Source of the DNA: an uncultured delta proteobacterium
GTDB lineage: Bacteria > Myxococcota > Myxococcia > Myxococcales > Myxococcaceae
Direction of reading: 5' to 3'
Length of the DNA: 64,000 nt
Assembly: GCA_963796055.1 (NCBI GenBank)
Contig: CAWCKH010000006.1
Location: 1 to 64,000 of the forward strand
Shown piece by piece: positions 19,401 through 30,351 of the stretch. Under the pieces are notes generated by a model. The model had not been told where the DNA came from. It ran no database searches and saw only the letters and a list, made by a program, of their open reading frames with translations. Positions within the stretch are counted from its first letter, which is position 1, and each line of letters starts with the position of its first letter. The position numbers and the translations under genes were made by a program.

Positions 19401-19477
19401 CGGGTTTTGGCAACGCTCGTCACATGCGAACCCGGGAGTCACCCGACGTCGTCGAGGCTCCGCGGCCCGTCTCGGCC

Positions 19478-20203
19478 TCAGGCTCCGCCCAATGCCGCTG
19501 CGACCTCGTCGTGGAGCGCCCGGGCAGCCGCCGCCGGATCTGCCGCACCGTGGAGCGGCCGTCCGACGACGAGCAGGTTGGACCCCGCGGCGATGGCAGT
19601 CGCCGGCGTCTCCGCCCGGGCCTGGTCTCCCGCGGCGGCGCCCGCCGGCCGGATCCCCGGCGTGCAGAGAAACAGCTCCGGATACCTCCCACGGAGCGCG
19701 TGCGCCTCACGTGCCGAGCAGACCAGCCCGCCCGCGCCCGCCCTGGCCGCCACGTCCGCGAGCCGCCCGGCCATCCCGGCAGCAGTGGGCCCGAACCCCA
19801 GCGTCGCCACGTCGGCGTCGCCGAGCGAGGTCAGCGTGGTCACCGCGAGGACCCTGGGAGGCGCCACGCCGGCACGCTCCGCTCCCCGCGTTGCGCCGCG
19901 CACCGCGGCCCGGAGCATCTCCTCCCCGCCCGCGGCATGCACCGTCAGGAACCCGGCTCCCAGCGCGCCCGCGGCCGCCGCGGCCGCCTCGACGGTGTTC
20001 GGGATGTCGTGCAGCTTGAGGTCCAGGAACACCGAGGCACCCTGCTCACGAAAGGCACGCACCGCCGCCGGGCCATGCTCCACGAAGAGCGACAGCCCCA
20101 CCTTCACCACCCCCACCGAGGGTGAGAGCAGCGGCCAGAGGCGGAGCGCCTGGTCGAGCGGCAGGTCCGCCGCCCAGGCGATGCGCTCCCGCGCCCCGCT
20201 CAC
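19478..20203 (-). CDS. pyrF: Orotidine-5'-phosphate decarboxylase
   Basis: KVG..LF, FLDLKLHDIPNTV, TVHAAGG, TPGIRP, VVGRP. Confidence 0.96.
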   Translation of the reverse strand: MSGARERIAWAADLPLDQALRLWPLLSPSVGVVKVGLSLFVEHGPAAVRAFREQGASVFLDLKLHDIPNTVEAAAAAAGALGAGFLTVHAAGGEEMLRAAVRGATRGAERAGVAPPRVLAVTTLTSLGDADVATLGFGPTAAGMAGRLADVAARAGAGGLVCSAREAHALRGRYPELFLCTPGIRPAGAAAGDQARAETPATAIAAGSNLLVVGRPLHGAADPAAAARALHDEVAAALGGA

Positions 20204-21255
20204 TTGCTGGCCAGCTCCCCGTCGATGACCTTCTTGAACTCGTCGATCGGCTGGGCGCCGTTGAGGAAGATGCCGTTGATGAAGAACGCCGGCGTCCCGC
20301 CCACCCCGGCCGCGAGGCCGGCCTGCTGGTCGGCGTCCACCGCCTTCTTCTTGTCGCCCGAGTCCAGGCACTGGCCGAACTTCTGCCCGTCCAGACCCAC
20401 CTCGCTGGCGTGGGCCTTGAGGTCCGCCGCCTCGAGCTTCTTCTGATTCTTGAAGAGGACGTCGTGGTACTCCCAGAACTTCCCCTGGTCCGCGGCGCAG
20501 AGCGACGCCTCGGCTGCCTTCGCCGCATGCGGGTGGAAGCTCAGCGGGAACTGCCGGTACACCAGCCGCACCTTCCCGGGGTAGGTGCTCATCACCTGCT
20601 CCACCGTGTCGTGGGCCGCGCCGCAGTACGGGCACTCGAAGTCGGAGAACTCCACGATGGTCACCGGGGCGTCCTTGGGACCGCGGGCGGGACCCTCGGC
20701 GGCCACCTGCACCCGGGGCTGCGGCAGGTCCAGCTTGAGGTTGGCCTGCTTCTGCAGATCCCCGACCACCTTCTGCATCTGGGCCTGCCGCTGCTGGTTC
20801 ACCAGCGCCTGGCCGATGCGGTCCTTGAGAGACTCGAAGGTCGCATCGGGGGGAATCTGCCCGCCACTCTTCAGCCGCTCGTAGAACTGGCGCTCCTGGG
20901 CCTCGGTGGGCTGCTGGACCGGAGCCTCCTCGATGCGCTTCTTGATGTACTCCTGCTCGGAGAGGTTGGCCTTCGCCGCCTCGGCCTTGACGATGCGCTC
21001 CGTCGCCATCTGCTCCAGGGTCTGCTTCCGGGCCTGGTAGATCTTGTTCTCCAGATCGGCGATCTGCGGCCGGGCCTCCTTCTCCAGCTCACCGGAGGTG
21101 ATCTTCCCGCCGTTGAAGGTCGCCACCACCCGGTCGGGCGCGGTCCCTCCCGCGGCACCGGAGGTGGAGGAGGCCGTGGCGGCCTGCTTGGAGCAGGCGC
21201 AGGCCAGCAGGCAGGCGGCGAGCGCCGCAGAGGCGAAGGACCGGAGAACGTTCAT
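20200..21255 (-). CDS. DsbA/thioredoxin-fold lipoprotein with N-terminal SurA-like helical region
   Basis: Lipobox-like LACAC, EFSDFECPYC, FPL.FH, GTPAFFING. Confidence 0.88.
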   Translation of the reverse strand: MNVLRSFASAALAACLLACACSKQAATASSTSGAAGGTAPDRVVATFNGGKITSGELEKEARPQIADLENKIYQARKQTLEQMATERIVKAEAAKANLSEQEYIKKRIEEAPVQQPTEAQERQFYERLKSGGQIPPDATFESLKDRIGQALVNQQRQAQMQKVVGDLQKQANLKLDLPQPRVQVAAEGPARGPKDAPVTIVEFSDFECPYCGAAHDTVEQVMSTYPGKVRLVYRQFPLSFHPHAAKAAEASLCAADQGKFWEYHDVLFKNQKKLEAADLKAHASEVGLDGQKFGQCLDSGDKKKAVDADQQAGLAAGVGGTPAFFINGIFLNGAQPIDEFKKVIDGELASK

Positions 21256-21364
21256 GGGGAGGCGCACCTTTTCAGCAACCGACGGCGTGGCGCAAGCCCG
21301 TAAACCCGCGGAGGCGCGCAGCTCTTCCCGAACTGCACGACGGGCCGGGGCGCAGCCCAGCAGC

Positions 21365-22297
21365 TCAGATCGACTCGAGCGCCAGCGCGAAGTCCGGCAC
21401 TCGCAGATCCAGCCGCTCCAGCTCCCGCCGGCGTGCACGCACCACGGCGTAAGACGAGGCATCGGCCAGCACCCGGCTGACCAGCCGGTGGTGCAGCGCG
21501 TGCCCGCTCTTCGTGACCCGAAGGTGGCCGATGACCGGATGGCCGAAGAGCGCCAGATCGCCGAGCGCGTCGAGCATCTTGTGACGCACGAACTCGTCCG
21601 GATAGCGCAGCCCCTCGGGGTTGAGAATGCTGAACTCGTCCACCACGATGGCGTTCTCCAGCGAGCCGCCCCGGGCGAGCCCCGCCGACTTCATCCGCTC
21701 CACGTCCTTGAGGAAGCCGAACGTCCTGGCCCGCCCCAGCTCGCGACTGAACGAGCTTCCGGAGAAATCGATGGACAGCGACTGCCCCGGAACGAGCGGA
21801 TGGTGAAAATCGATCGCGCAGTCGATGCGCAGCCGGTCGCAGGGCGAGAGCGAAGCCTCGCGGTCCCCCTCGCGCAACACCACCGGGCGCTTGATCACCA
21901 CGAACGACTTGGGTTCCTCGAGGATCCGGATGCCCGCCGAGCGGACCAGGTAGAGGAACGGTCCCGAGCTTCCGTCGAGGATGGGAACCTCGGGCCCGTC
22001 CACCTCGACGCGGACGTTGTCCACCCCGAGCCCGCTCAGCGCGGCGAGCAGGTGCTCCACCGTTCCCACCCGCGCCTCGCCGTTGCCGACGCTGGTGGCC
22101 AGCGCGGTGTCCACCACGTGCCGCGCAGTGGCCGGGATGCCGGCCGAACCGGGCAGGTCCACCCGGTGGAAGACGATGCCGTGGTCAGCCGGCGCCGGCC
22201 GGAGCGTCAGCATCACCTGGGCGCCCGAGTGCAGGCCGACGCCCCGGGTGGCGACGGTTTGCTCCAGGGTTCGCTGGTGGAATGAAGCGTCGCTCAT
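21365..22297 (-). CDS. lpxC: UDP-3-O-acyl-N-acetylglucosamine deacetylase
   Basis: QRTL, GVGLHSG, TVEHLLAAL, ARTFGF, HKMLDALGDL, KSGH. Confidence 0.97.
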   Translation of the reverse strand: MSDASFHQRTLEQTVATRGVGLHSGAQVMLTLRPAPADHGIVFHRVDLPGSAGIPATARHVVDTALATSVGNGEARVGTVEHLLAALSGLGVDNVRVEVDGPEVPILDGSSGPFLYLVRSAGIRILEEPKSFVVIKRPVVLREGDREASLSPCDRLRIDCAIDFHHPLVPGQSLSIDFSGSSFSRELGRARTFGFLKDVERMKSAGLARGGSLENAIVVDEFSILNPEGLRYPDEFVRHKMLDALGDLALFGHPVIGHLRVTKSGHALHHRLVSRVLADASSYAVVRARRRELERLDLRVPDFALALESI

Positions 22298-22468
22298 GGA
22301 CCTCGGACTGCTGGACACAGGTCGGGATTCGAAGTTGTGCACGGCTGGCGACTTCCCCCCGCATGCCGCAACGTGGCAACGACGGCACACTTAACCAACA
22401 GCCGGACGATCACACAAGTATCCGAGTTGTCGGACTTTTCTGCTGTTGGGCATCCGAACAGGTATTTT

Positions 22469-24010
22469 CTACACCTGCTGGAAGCGCCCCAGGACCGCCT
22501 TCGCGTGGGCTTCGTCGAACCGGCGGCCGGCGACATCGGAGCGGCGTCCCACGGCGACGAAACAATTCTCGGCCGCCTCGGCGAATGCCCTGCACTCCTC
22601 TGCCAGTCGGGCCCGGGCCATCGGACCCGGCGGAATCGCCCCCGCCTCGCGGAGGATGGCCGCGAACTGGTCGAACGCCTGGAGATCTCCGTACCGCAGC
22701 AGCTGGTAGCTGGCGTCCTGGAAGTACGAGAGGAACGCGCCCAGCGCGTCGATCGCCGCAATGACCTGCGCGCTGCCCGCGGTGAGCGCCTCGTCCGCGC
22801 CGCGGGCGAGCTGGGCGAACACCCAGAGGTCGTTCCGGAGCCGCTGGGCCAGGACCACCGGAGAGACGAGGCGGGTGAAGCTCTCGTCGGCCGGCAGACG
22901 CGCCTCGACCGCCGCGGCGAGCCGCACCACCTGTGCCCTCAGCTGCTCGGCGGCGAAGGCGCCGATGTCGAGGACCCGCTCGGGGTCGTCCGCCTCCTGC
23001 CGGAGACGGCGGCCGATCTCGTCCGCCAGGCGCGAGAGGTCGCGCGCGATCCGGAGCCCCGCGCCCTGGTGACGGCGCAGCGTGACCCGCGGGGCCAGCT
23101 CGGTACGGAGGTACCCCACCAGGGTCAGTGCCTCGCTGCGCGCCAGCGCCAGCACCACCCGGGCGCGCCGCTCCACCCCGCGCGTGGTGGCCCGGACGTA
23201 GCCAAGGTAGTGCAGCAGCCGGAAGAGCCCCAGGAACACGGTGGTGAAGAGCCGCCGCTCGGGATCGCCCAGCTTGCGGAGCGCGTCCAGCACCGGCACC
23301 GACTTCACCCGGTCGAACTCCAGGCAGAACTCGAGGGGGCGGAAGGGCCGGAAGTACTGGTTGTGGAGGATGGCCCGGAGCACGAGGTTCCCCACCTCGT
23401 GGAACACCCGGAAGCTCACCGTCTCCAATTTCAGCAACGAGTCCACCACGGTGCGGAGGGACTCGAAGCTCTGCCGGAGGAGGAAGAGGCTTTCTTGCGG
23501 AGTGTCCTCCTCCAGCTCCTCGTCGAGCAGGGCGCGGCGGGCGCGGTCGTCCACCAGCTGCTCCTGCACGTAGCGGCGAAACATCATCCGCTGGTCGTCC
23601 CCGGGGTCGAGCAATCGCCGGGCGAGCTTGATCGCCTGCCCGAGCGCGTCGCGCACGTCGCGCAGCTCCTCCGAGAAGTCACGGGTGACCACCGGGCGGG
23701 CCACCGAGTCGATGGGGAGGTTGTGGAGCTTGAAGTAGCGCTCCATTCCCCGCAGCAGCATCTCGAACTCGAACAGCCGCTCCTCGCGGCCCTCCACCCG
23801 GCAGCTCCGGAGCCAGCGCTCGCGCTCCGCCGAGAGACCGGGGTGCGGCTGGCTGCCCCGGACCAGGTCGTGGAAGTAGTCCCGGGCGAAGCGCACCTCG
23901 CTGCCCGGCCCCAGGCGCGGGAGCGGGATGGCACGCGGGTCGGACGGGGCGGTCAGAACAGTGCCCCCTGCACGTCCGCCGGCGGCGGCTTGTCGAAGTA
24001 CCTCCAGCAT
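22469..24010 (-). CDS. Hypothetical helical protein downstream of ruvB (true start probably near 23950)
   Basis: Long ORF with protein-like composition ([25 protein letters not shown]); no family recognised. Confidence 0.7.
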   Translation of the reverse strand: MLEVLRQAAAGGRAGGTVLTAPSDPRAIPLPRLGPGSEVRFARDYFHDLVRGSQPHPGLSAERERWLRSCRVEGREERLFEFEMLLRGMERYFKLHNLPIDSVARPVVTRDFSEELRDVRDALGQAIKLARRLLDPGDDQRMMFRRYVQEQLVDDRARRALLDEELEEDTPQESLFLLRQSFESLRTVVDSLLKLETVSFRVFHEVGNLVLRAILHNQYFRPFRPLEFCLEFDRVKSVPVLDALRKLGDPERRLFTTVFLGLFRLLHYLGYVRATTRGVERRARVVLALARSEALTLVGYLRTELAPRVTLRRHQGAGLRIARDLSRLADEIGRRLRQEADDPERVLDIGAFAAEQLRAQVVRLAAAVEARLPADESFTRLVSPVVLAQRLRNDLWVFAQLARGADEALTAGSAQVIAAIDALGAFLSYFQDASYQLLRYGDLQAFDQFAAILREAGAIPPGPMARARLAEECRAFAEAAENCFVAVGRRSDVAGRRFDEAHAKAVLGRFQQV

Positions 24011-24969
24011 CGGGCGGTGGCCATGCGGCCGCGGGGCGTCCGATGGAGGAAGCCCTCCTGCATCAGGAACGGCTCGTAGACGTCCTCCACCGTCTCCCGC
24101 TGCTCGCCGACGCTGGCGGCGATGGTGTCGACGCCCACCGGGCCGCCCCCGAACTTCTCCAGGATGGTGAGGAGGATCTTCCGGTCCATCGGGTCCAGCC
24201 CGCTCCGGTCCACCTCCAGCCGTTCCAGAGCCCGCGCGGCCACCTCGCGCCCCACTCGCTGCACCCCCTCGACCTCGGCGAAGTCGCGGATGCGGCGGAG
24301 CAGCCGATTGGCGATGCGGGGCGTGCCGCGCGCACGGGTGGCGATCTCTCGCGCGCCGTCCTCGGCCAGCTGCACCCCGAGGATGCCCGCGCTCCGGGCG
24401 AGGATGGCCTCGAGGTCCGCCGGGGCGTAGTAGTCGAGCCGTTCCTGGATCTGGAACCGGTCGCGCAGGGGCGAGGTGAGCAGCCCGGTGCGGGTGGTCG
24501 CGCCCACCAGGGTGAAGGGCGGCAGATCGATCTTCATCGCCCGGGCCGCGGGCCCCGAGTCGATGGTGATGTCCAGCCGGAAGTCCTCCATCGCCGGGTA
24601 GAGGTACTCCTCCACCGGAGCGGGCAGGCGGTGAATCTCGTCGATGAAGAGAAAGTCCCTCGGAGCGAGGTTGATCAGCAGCCCGGTGAGGTCTCCCTTC
24701 CGCTCCAGCGCCGGCCCGGAGGTGACGTGCAGCCCGACGCCCAGCTCGGCGGCGAGGATGTGGGCCAGCGACGTCTTCCCCAGCCCCGGCGGGCCGGAGA
24801 ACAGGCAGTGGTCGAGCGCATCTCCCCGCGCCCGCGCCGCGGCGACGTAGATCTTGAGCTTCTCCACCACCGTGGACTGGCCCACGTACTGCGCGAAGTT
24901 GCGCGGCCGAAGCGAGGCCTCCAGGCGCTTCTCGTCGGGGGCGGCGACTTCGGGAGGCACGCGGGACAT
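23953..24969 (-). CDS. ruvB: Holliday junction branch migration helicase
   Basis: [34 protein letters not shown]. Confidence 0.98.
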   Translation of the reverse strand: MSRVPPEVAAPDEKRLEASLRPRNFAQYVGQSTVVEKLKIYVAAARARGDALDHCLFSGPPGLGKTSLAHILAAELGVGLHVTSGPALERKGDLTGLLINLAPRDFLFIDEIHRLPAPVEEYLYPAMEDFRLDITIDSGPAARAMKIDLPPFTLVGATTRTGLLTSPLRDRFQIQERLDYYAPADLEAILARSAGILGVQLAEDGAREIATRARGTPRIANRLLRRIRDFAEVEGVQRVGREVAARALERLEVDRSGLDPMDRKILLTILEKFGGGPVGVDTIAASVGEQRETVEDVYEPFLMQEGFLHRTPRGRMATARCWRYFDKPPPADVQGALF

Positions 24970-25002
24970 GGCAGAGCGACCGGCCGGTCAGGGTACCAAA
25001 GG

Positions 25003-25605
25003 CTACGACGCCGTGCGCAGGGTGCGGAGCGCCTCGCGGAGCAGCGCCTCGAGCTCGGCGCTCCCCAGCTTCTCCAGCGCCGCCTCGGCGGCGGCCTCGG
25101 CCTGCGTCGGGCGGTAGCCGAGGTTGGCCAGCGCCGAGATCAGGTCGGCGCGGGGCCCCTCTCCGGGGGAGACGGCGGCCGGTCCGGTGGCGGCGCGGGG
25201 CAGGACCTTCACCTTGTCCTTCAGCTCCAGCACCAGCCGCTCGGCGGTCTTCTTCCCCACCCCGTGGATGCGGGTGAGCCGCACCACCTCCCCGCGCTCG
25301 AGCGCGACGACCAGCGCGTCCACCTCGAGACCGGAGAGCACCGTCATCGCCAGCTTCGGCCCCACGTGGGAGACCGAGGTGAGCAGGGTGAACATCGTCT
25401 CCTCGACCGGGGTGAGGAAGCCGTACAGCTCGAAGGCATCCTCACGGACCACCGTCCGGACGCGGACCCGCACCGGCTCCCCCACCCGCGGGAGCCGGGC
25501 CAGGGTGAGGAGCGAGAACGCCACCCGGTACCCGACGCCCGCCACCTCGATGATGGCCTCGTCCTCGGTCTTCTCCAGCACGGTGCCGTGCAGGGCGGCG
25601 ATCAC
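25003..25605 (-). CDS. ruvA: Holliday junction binding protein
   Basis: GVGY, VRED...LYGF, VGPK.A, GVGKKTAERL.LELK, LANLGY. Confidence 0.97.
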   Translation of the reverse strand: MIAALHGTVLEKTEDEAIIEVAGVGYRVAFSLLTLARLPRVGEPVRVRVRTVVREDAFELYGFLTPVEETMFTLLTSVSHVGPKLAMTVLSGLEVDALVVALERGEVVRLTRIHGVGKKTAERLVLELKDKVKVLPRAATGPAAVSPGEGPRADLISALANLGYRPTQAEAAAEAALEKLGSAELEALLREALRTLRTAS

Positions 25606-26153
25606 CGGATGACCGCCGGACGGAGCCGGTCGCTCAGATCCGGCACGGCCCGGCGGGGGCGACGCTGGAAGGGAGAGCCCGCGCGATGGAGGTGACAGAC
25701 GGCGACGGCGAGGGCGTCGGTGGCGTCCGCCCGCGGCACGTCGCTGAGCCGGAGGAAGGCCGAGACCGCGCGGGAGACCGCCTCCTTGGCACCCGCCCCC
25801 CCGACGCCGACGGCCCGCTTCACCAGCGCCGGCGCGTACTCGAATACGGGAAGCCCCGCCCGGGCGGCGGCGAGCAGCGCGACCCCTCGGGCCTGACCGA
25901 GCACCAGGGCGCTGCGGGCGTTCTTGAAGGTGAAGACCCCCTCCACCGCGACCGCGGCCGGCGCATGGCGGAGGAGCGTCTCGGAGAGGCGGGCGAAGAG
26001 CTCCACCAGCCGGAGCTCCAGCGGGGCCGAGCCGTCCAGCCGCAGCACGCCGTGGGCCACGTGTGCCACCCCGCCGCCGCTCCGCTCGACCACGCCCCAG
26101 CCCACCACCCGGCTCCCGGGGTCGATGCCGAGGACACGCGTCGGACCGAGCAC
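25602..26153 (-). CDS. ruvC: Crossover junction endodeoxyribonuclease
   Basis: VLGIDPG, VE.VF, LGQARG, EYAP..VK, DATDALAVA.CH. Confidence 0.95.
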   Translation of the reverse strand: MLGPTRVLGIDPGSRVVGWGVVERSGGGVAHVAHGVLRLDGSAPLELRLVELFARLSETLLRHAPAAVAVEGVFTFKNARSALVLGQARGVALLAAARAGLPVFEYAPALVKRAVGVGGAGAKEAVSRAVSAFLRLSDVPRADATDALAVAVCHLHRAGSPFQRRPRRAVPDLSDRLRPAVIR

Positions 26154-26170
26154 GGAACGGATGTGTAGCA

Positions 26171-26920
26171 CTACGCCCCCATCTGCTCCAGTTCGCGCTC
26201 GGAGAACTCGGCGTTGACCCAGACGTTCTGGACGTCGTCGTTGTCCTCGAGCAGCTCCAGCAGCTTGACCACCTTGCGCGCCGACTCGCCCTCCACCTTC
26301 ACCGTGTTCTGCGGGAGGTACACCCAGCGCTGCTCGCCGAGGCGCAGGCCCGACCTCTCCAGCGCGCCCGAGATTTGATGGAGGTGCGCCGGGTCGGTCC
26401 GCACCTCGAAGCCGTCGGCGCCCTGGGCCACCACGTCGTCGGCGCCGGCTTCGAGCGCGGCCTCCATCACCCGGTCCTCGCTCGGTCCGGGCTTCACCGT
26501 GATGCTGCCCTTCCTCTGGAAGTTCCAGGCCACCGCCCCCTCGGCGGCGAGGTTCCCCCCACCCTTGCTGAACGTGGCCCGGACGTCGCCGGCGGTCCGG
26601 TGCCGGTTGTCGGTGAGGCACTCCACCAGGACCGCCACCCCGCCCGGCGCGTATCCCTCGTAGGTGACCTCGTCGTAGTGCACGCCCTCGAGCTCGCCGG
26701 TCCCCTTCTTCACCGCCCGGGTGATGTTGTCGGAGGGCATGTTGGCCTCGCGCGCGGCCAGCATCGCCGCCCGGAGCCGGGCGTTGCCCGCCGGGTCACC
26801 CCCTCCGAGCCGGGCGGCGACGGTGATCTCCTTGATGAGCTTGGTGAAGAGCTTCCCCTTGCTCGCGCCCATCGCCTCCTTCTGGCGCTTGATCTTCGTC
26901 CAACGGTTGTGACCGGACAT
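26171..26920 (-). CDS. yebC: YebC/PmpR family protein
   Basis: MSGHNRW..IK, YEGYAPGG, TDN..RT, LEDNDDVQNV. Confidence 0.96.
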   Translation of the reverse strand: MSGHNRWTKIKRQKEAMGASKGKLFTKLIKEITVAARLGGGDPAGNARLRAAMLAAREANMPSDNITRAVKKGTGELEGVHYDEVTYEGYAPGGVAVLVECLTDNRHRTAGDVRATFSKGGGNLAAEGAVAWNFQRKGSITVKPGPSEDRVMEAALEAGADDVVAQGADGFEVRTDPAHLHQISGALERSGLRLGEQRWVYLPQNTVKVEGESARKVVKLLELLEDNDDVQNVWVNAEFSERELEQMGA

Positions 26921-26932
26921 GGCCCTCGCCCC

Positions 26933-28819
26933 TCACGGGAGTGTCGAGAGCAGCGCGCGCGCCGCGTCGGCCTCGGGGCCGGAGGCTTCCAGATCCAGCA
27001 CCCGGTTCAGCTCCGTCCGGGCCTGCTGCGTGCGCCCCGACCGGACATGGATCCGGCCGAGGAGCAGGGGCGCCCGGGGGTCCGACGGGTCGATGGCCGC
27101 CGCTCTCATCGCGGCCTCTTCTGCCCCGGCATCGTCGTGGGCGTCAATGCGTTGCATCGCCCGTGTCAGCAGCCGGTCGACCTCGGTCTCGACCACCGGC
27201 CCGGCCGGTGCGACCCGGGGCCGGGGCGAGGGACGCGGCGGGGCGGCAGAGCGCACCCACACCGTGGTGCCGATGAACCCGAGCACCACCACCCCGAGGC
27301 CGGCGAGCCAGACCTTCCGTTGCCATCCGGAGGACGGGGACCCGGACTGGGCGAGCGCCACCCCGCGCGCGGCGACCGCCAGCGGCGACTCCTCGCCGGC
27401 CTCGAGCGCCACCGGCACGCTCGGCGGCGTGGGCGGACGGAACGGAGGCGGGGGGGTCAGCGACGGGGGCGTGCTCCGCAGCGCGGTGGGCTGGGCGGCT
27501 GGGATGACGACGCGCGGCGAGGGCGGCGGGAGCGGCTCGAGCCCCAGCGGCACGGAGCGCATCGCCCGCTCCAGCTCCCCCACCCGGGGTGCGCTGTCCC
27601 AGCCGGTGAGGCCGGCGACCTCGGCGGGGACGGCGCCCGGACCGGTGGGCGGAGGCTCGGTCCCCAGGCCGGAGGTGGCGGGGGTCGCCGCGAGAGAACC
27701 GGCCACCGTCGGCGCGAGCGTCGGGTTCGGGGTCGGCGTCTGCCCGGTCGACCACGGCACCGCGGGGGTCGCGGTACGGGGCAGCGGGTCGTCCCAGCCG
27801 GTGCGCACCCGCTGCGGCAGGGGCTCGAGGCCCCTCACCCGCGCCACCCGGGCCGGAAGCAGCGCCCCGGAGGCGTAGAGGCGGTTGGCGACCTGGACGA
27901 CCAGCGCTTCGGGCAGGGACGACTCGAGCACCACCGCCCGTACCGTCCGCTCCCCGTCGAAGAGGCGCACCACCGGCTCGACCTCCTCCGGCAGCTGGGC
28001 GATCTGCGCCAGCAGCACGCGCAGGTCCGGGCAGAGCACCGCCTCGGGCGGGATGCTCACCCGGGTCAGCGACCGCCAGGCGGCGAGCGCCTCTGCCCAG
28101 GGTCCGCACAGCGCACGGAGGTCCACTCCGAGCTCGGCCCTCGCCCGCACCGGCCCGAGGTGGACGGCGTAGGCGCCCTCGCCCAGAAAGAGCATCCGCC
28201 GGAACGCCCGCTCGCCATGGATGGCGCGCACCTGAGCGGAGACGACCTGCCCGGCCCGGAACTGCAGCTCGGCCGAGGCCCCGATCACCAGCCGTCCGCT
28301 GCGCGTACCGGCGAGGAGCGCGCGCAGCGCCGCGGCGATGGAGACCTCGCGGGTGGCCGCCACCAGGGTCGGGCTCCCCGGGGCGCGAGAGCACTCGAGC
28401 CGGGCCAGCGAGACCAGGTCTCCGACGAAGAGCGGCTTGGCCAGCACGTCGTGCGCGCCGACGGCGAGCGCCTGCGCGGTGGCGCCCTCCGAGAGCTGCG
28501 TGGTCAGCAGCAGCACCGGCACCTCGGCCAGCCCGGAGCGGCGCAGGCGGGCGCAGAAGGTCACCCCGTCGAGCCCGGGCAGCCGGGTCTCGCTCACCAC
28601 CAGCGCGGGCGCCGGGCCCTGCTCCAGAGCGCTTTCGGCCTCCTCGGCACTGCGGACGGAGGTCACCTGGAAGCCGGCGCGCACCAGGCCGAACTGCATC
28701 AGGCCGCGGGTGGACGCCTGGGGCTCGACGACGAGCACCCGACGCGCATCCGGCGCAGGCCCGCGGCCACCGGCTGGAGTCTGGACCGGGGTGACTGCCC
28801 TCTCTTGCGAGACCGCCAT
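26933..28819 (-). CDS. Atypical receiver + DUF4388-like + Pro-rich linker + TM + TPR protein
   Basis: N-terminal REC-like fold (VLVVE, LVVSE, LAKP), RSGRL segment, one TM (VWLAGLGVVVLGFIG), C-terminal TPR-like helices. Confidence 0.75.
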   Translation of the reverse strand: MAVSQERAVTPVQTPAGGRGPAPDARRVLVVEPQASTRGLMQFGLVRAGFQVTSVRSAEEAESALEQGPAPALVVSETRLPGLDGVTFCARLRRSGLAEVPVLLLTTQLSEGATAQALAVGAHDVLAKPLFVGDLVSLARLECSRAPGSPTLVAATREVSIAAALRALLAGTRSGRLVIGASAELQFRAGQVVSAQVRAIHGERAFRRMLFLGEGAYAVHLGPVRARAELGVDLRALCGPWAEALAAWRSLTRVSIPPEAVLCPDLRVLLAQIAQLPEEVEPVVRLFDGERTVRAVVLESSLPEALVVQVANRLYASGALLPARVARVRGLEPLPQRVRTGWDDPLPRTATPAVPWSTGQTPTPNPTLAPTVAGSLAATPATSGLGTEPPPTGPGAVPAEVAGLTGWDSAPRVGELERAMRSVPLGLEPLPPPSPRVVIPAAQPTALRSTPPSLTPPPPFRPPTPPSVPVALEAGEESPLAVAARGVALAQSGSPSSGWQRKVWLAGLGVVVLGFIGTTVWVRSAAPPRPSPRPRVAPAGPVVETEVDRLLTRAMQRIDAHDDAGAEEAAMRAAAIDPSDPRAPLLLGRIHVRSGRTQQARTELNRVLDLEASGPEADAARALLSTLP

Positions 28820-28983
28820 GCTCCCCGCCTCTGGGACATGGGCGTCGCGCCGTCCGTCCCCCGCGCGCGAGTCTAAGCGCCCGCCTCCTCGCCCGGGAAG
28901 CGAGCGACAGGCCTGCAGGGCATCGCTGACTGCGGCCCACCTGACGACACCCCGACCCGGACCTCGGCTGCGGCCGCCCCGAC

Positions 28984-30351
28984 CTAGCGGACCTGGCGGA
29001 GCGCCTCGGTGAACTTTTCCGGCCCGAGGAAGCCGGTCACCCGCGGGTCATCCAGGACCTTTCCGTCGGACGAGACGAAGGCCACCGTGGGAAGCCCGTT
29101 CACCCCGAACCGCTGGTACAGCACGTCCAGCGGGTCCTGGGCGTTCGTGCCATCCACCTTGATGCGGACGAAGCGGTCTGCCTCCGCGACCACCGCCGGG
29201 GCGACGTACGTCTCCCTGTCCAGCTCCTTGCAGGCCGCACACCACTCGGCGAAGAAGTCGATCATCACCGGTCTGTGCTCTGCCCGCGCACGGGCGAGCG
29301 CCGCGTCCACCGGCTCGGGCTGCGTGCCCTCACCGGCGTAGCGGAGGTTCCAGACCAGGCCCGTGCTCTCCACGCCGACGTTGAGCGCGGACAGCCGGAG
29401 CAGCACCGCCCCGGCGACCAGCACCACCCCGGCGCCCTTGAGCACCGCGTCGCGGGGCCCCCCGCCGAACTTTCGATGGATGGCCCCGAGCAGGATGCCG
29501 GCCGCAGCCAGTCCGGCGGCGAGCCACACCCCGCCGCTCGCCCCCCAGGCACGGGCCGCCGAGGCGGCCTCGGAACGGAGGGCGGGAAAGGCGTCCCGGA
29601 CGTAGGTCGCGGCCAGCGCCACCAGGAGGATGCCCAGGGCGCTCTTCACCCAGTCCATCCACGCCCCGCTCTTCGGCAGCCGCACCGCGAAGACGCCGAT
29701 GAGGAAGAAGGGCACGCCGATGCCCAGGGCGTAGACGAAGAGCAGCCCGGCCCCCAGCGCGGTGCTGCGGCTGGTCGCGACGTAGGTGAGGAGGCCGGTG
29801 AGCACCGGGCCGGTGCACGGCGCGGCGAGGAACCCGGCGACGCTCCCCATCAGGAACGCCCCGGCCACGCCGGAGCCGCCCACCGCGTTCAGCCGGAGCG
29901 CGAGCCCCTGCGGCAAGGTGAGCTCGAACGCCCCGAACATGCTCGCCGCGAGCACCAGCAGGAACACCGCCAGCCCGATGGCCACCGCCGGATGTCCGAG
30001 TAGCTGCCCGAAGGCCGCCCCCGTCCGGGCCGCGACGACGCCGAGGGCGGCGAACACCACCCCCATCCCGACCACGTAGCTCGAGGTGAGGAGGACGGCC
30101 TTGCCCCGCCCCACTCCCGGCCGCGCGCCGAACACCCCGACGGTGACGGGGATGAGCGGGTACACGCAAGGGGTGAGCGCGGTGAGCAGCCCGCCGAGGA
30201 AGACCAGCAGCGCGCCGGCGCCGAAACGGCCTGCGCCGAGCGCTCCGGCGGCGTCCAGGTTGGCCGAGGGACCGGTGGGCAGGGCGGCAGGAAGAAGGGC
30301 GAGGCCGAGCGCGGCCACCACTGCCAGGCCAAGCACCCAGAACAGGCGCAT
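28984..30351 (-). CDS. dsbD: DsbD/CcdA thiol:disulfide interchange protein with C-terminal thioredoxin
   Basis: [33 protein letters not shown]. Confidence 0.9.
   Translation of the reverse strand: MRLFWVLGLAVVAALGLALLPAALPTGPSANLDAAGALGAGRFGAGALLVFLGGLLTALTPCVYPLIPVTVGVFGARPGVGRGKAVLLTSSYVVGMGVVFAALGVVAARTGAAFGQLLGHPAVAIGLAVFLLVLAASMFGAFELTLPQGLALRLNAVGGSGVAGAFLMGSVAGFLAAPCTGPVLTGLLTYVATSRSTALGAGLLFVYALGIGVPFFLIGVFAVRLPKSGAWMDWVKSALGILLVALAATYVRDAFPALRSEAASAARAWGASGGVWLAAGLAAAGILLGAIHRKFGGGPRDAVLKGAGVVLVAGAVLLRLSALNVGVESTGLVWNLRYAGEGTQPEPVDAALARARAEHRPVMIDFFAEWCAACKELDRETYVAPAVVAEADRFVRIKVDGTNAQDPLDVLYQRFGVNGLPTVAFVSSDGKVLDDPRVTGFLGPEKFTEALRQVR

Noticed and set aside
18758..19423. 221-aa minus-strand ORF and overlapping plus-strand ORFs across the repeat region
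   Set aside because: Translations mirror the DNA repeats; only the last ~50 codons look protein-like
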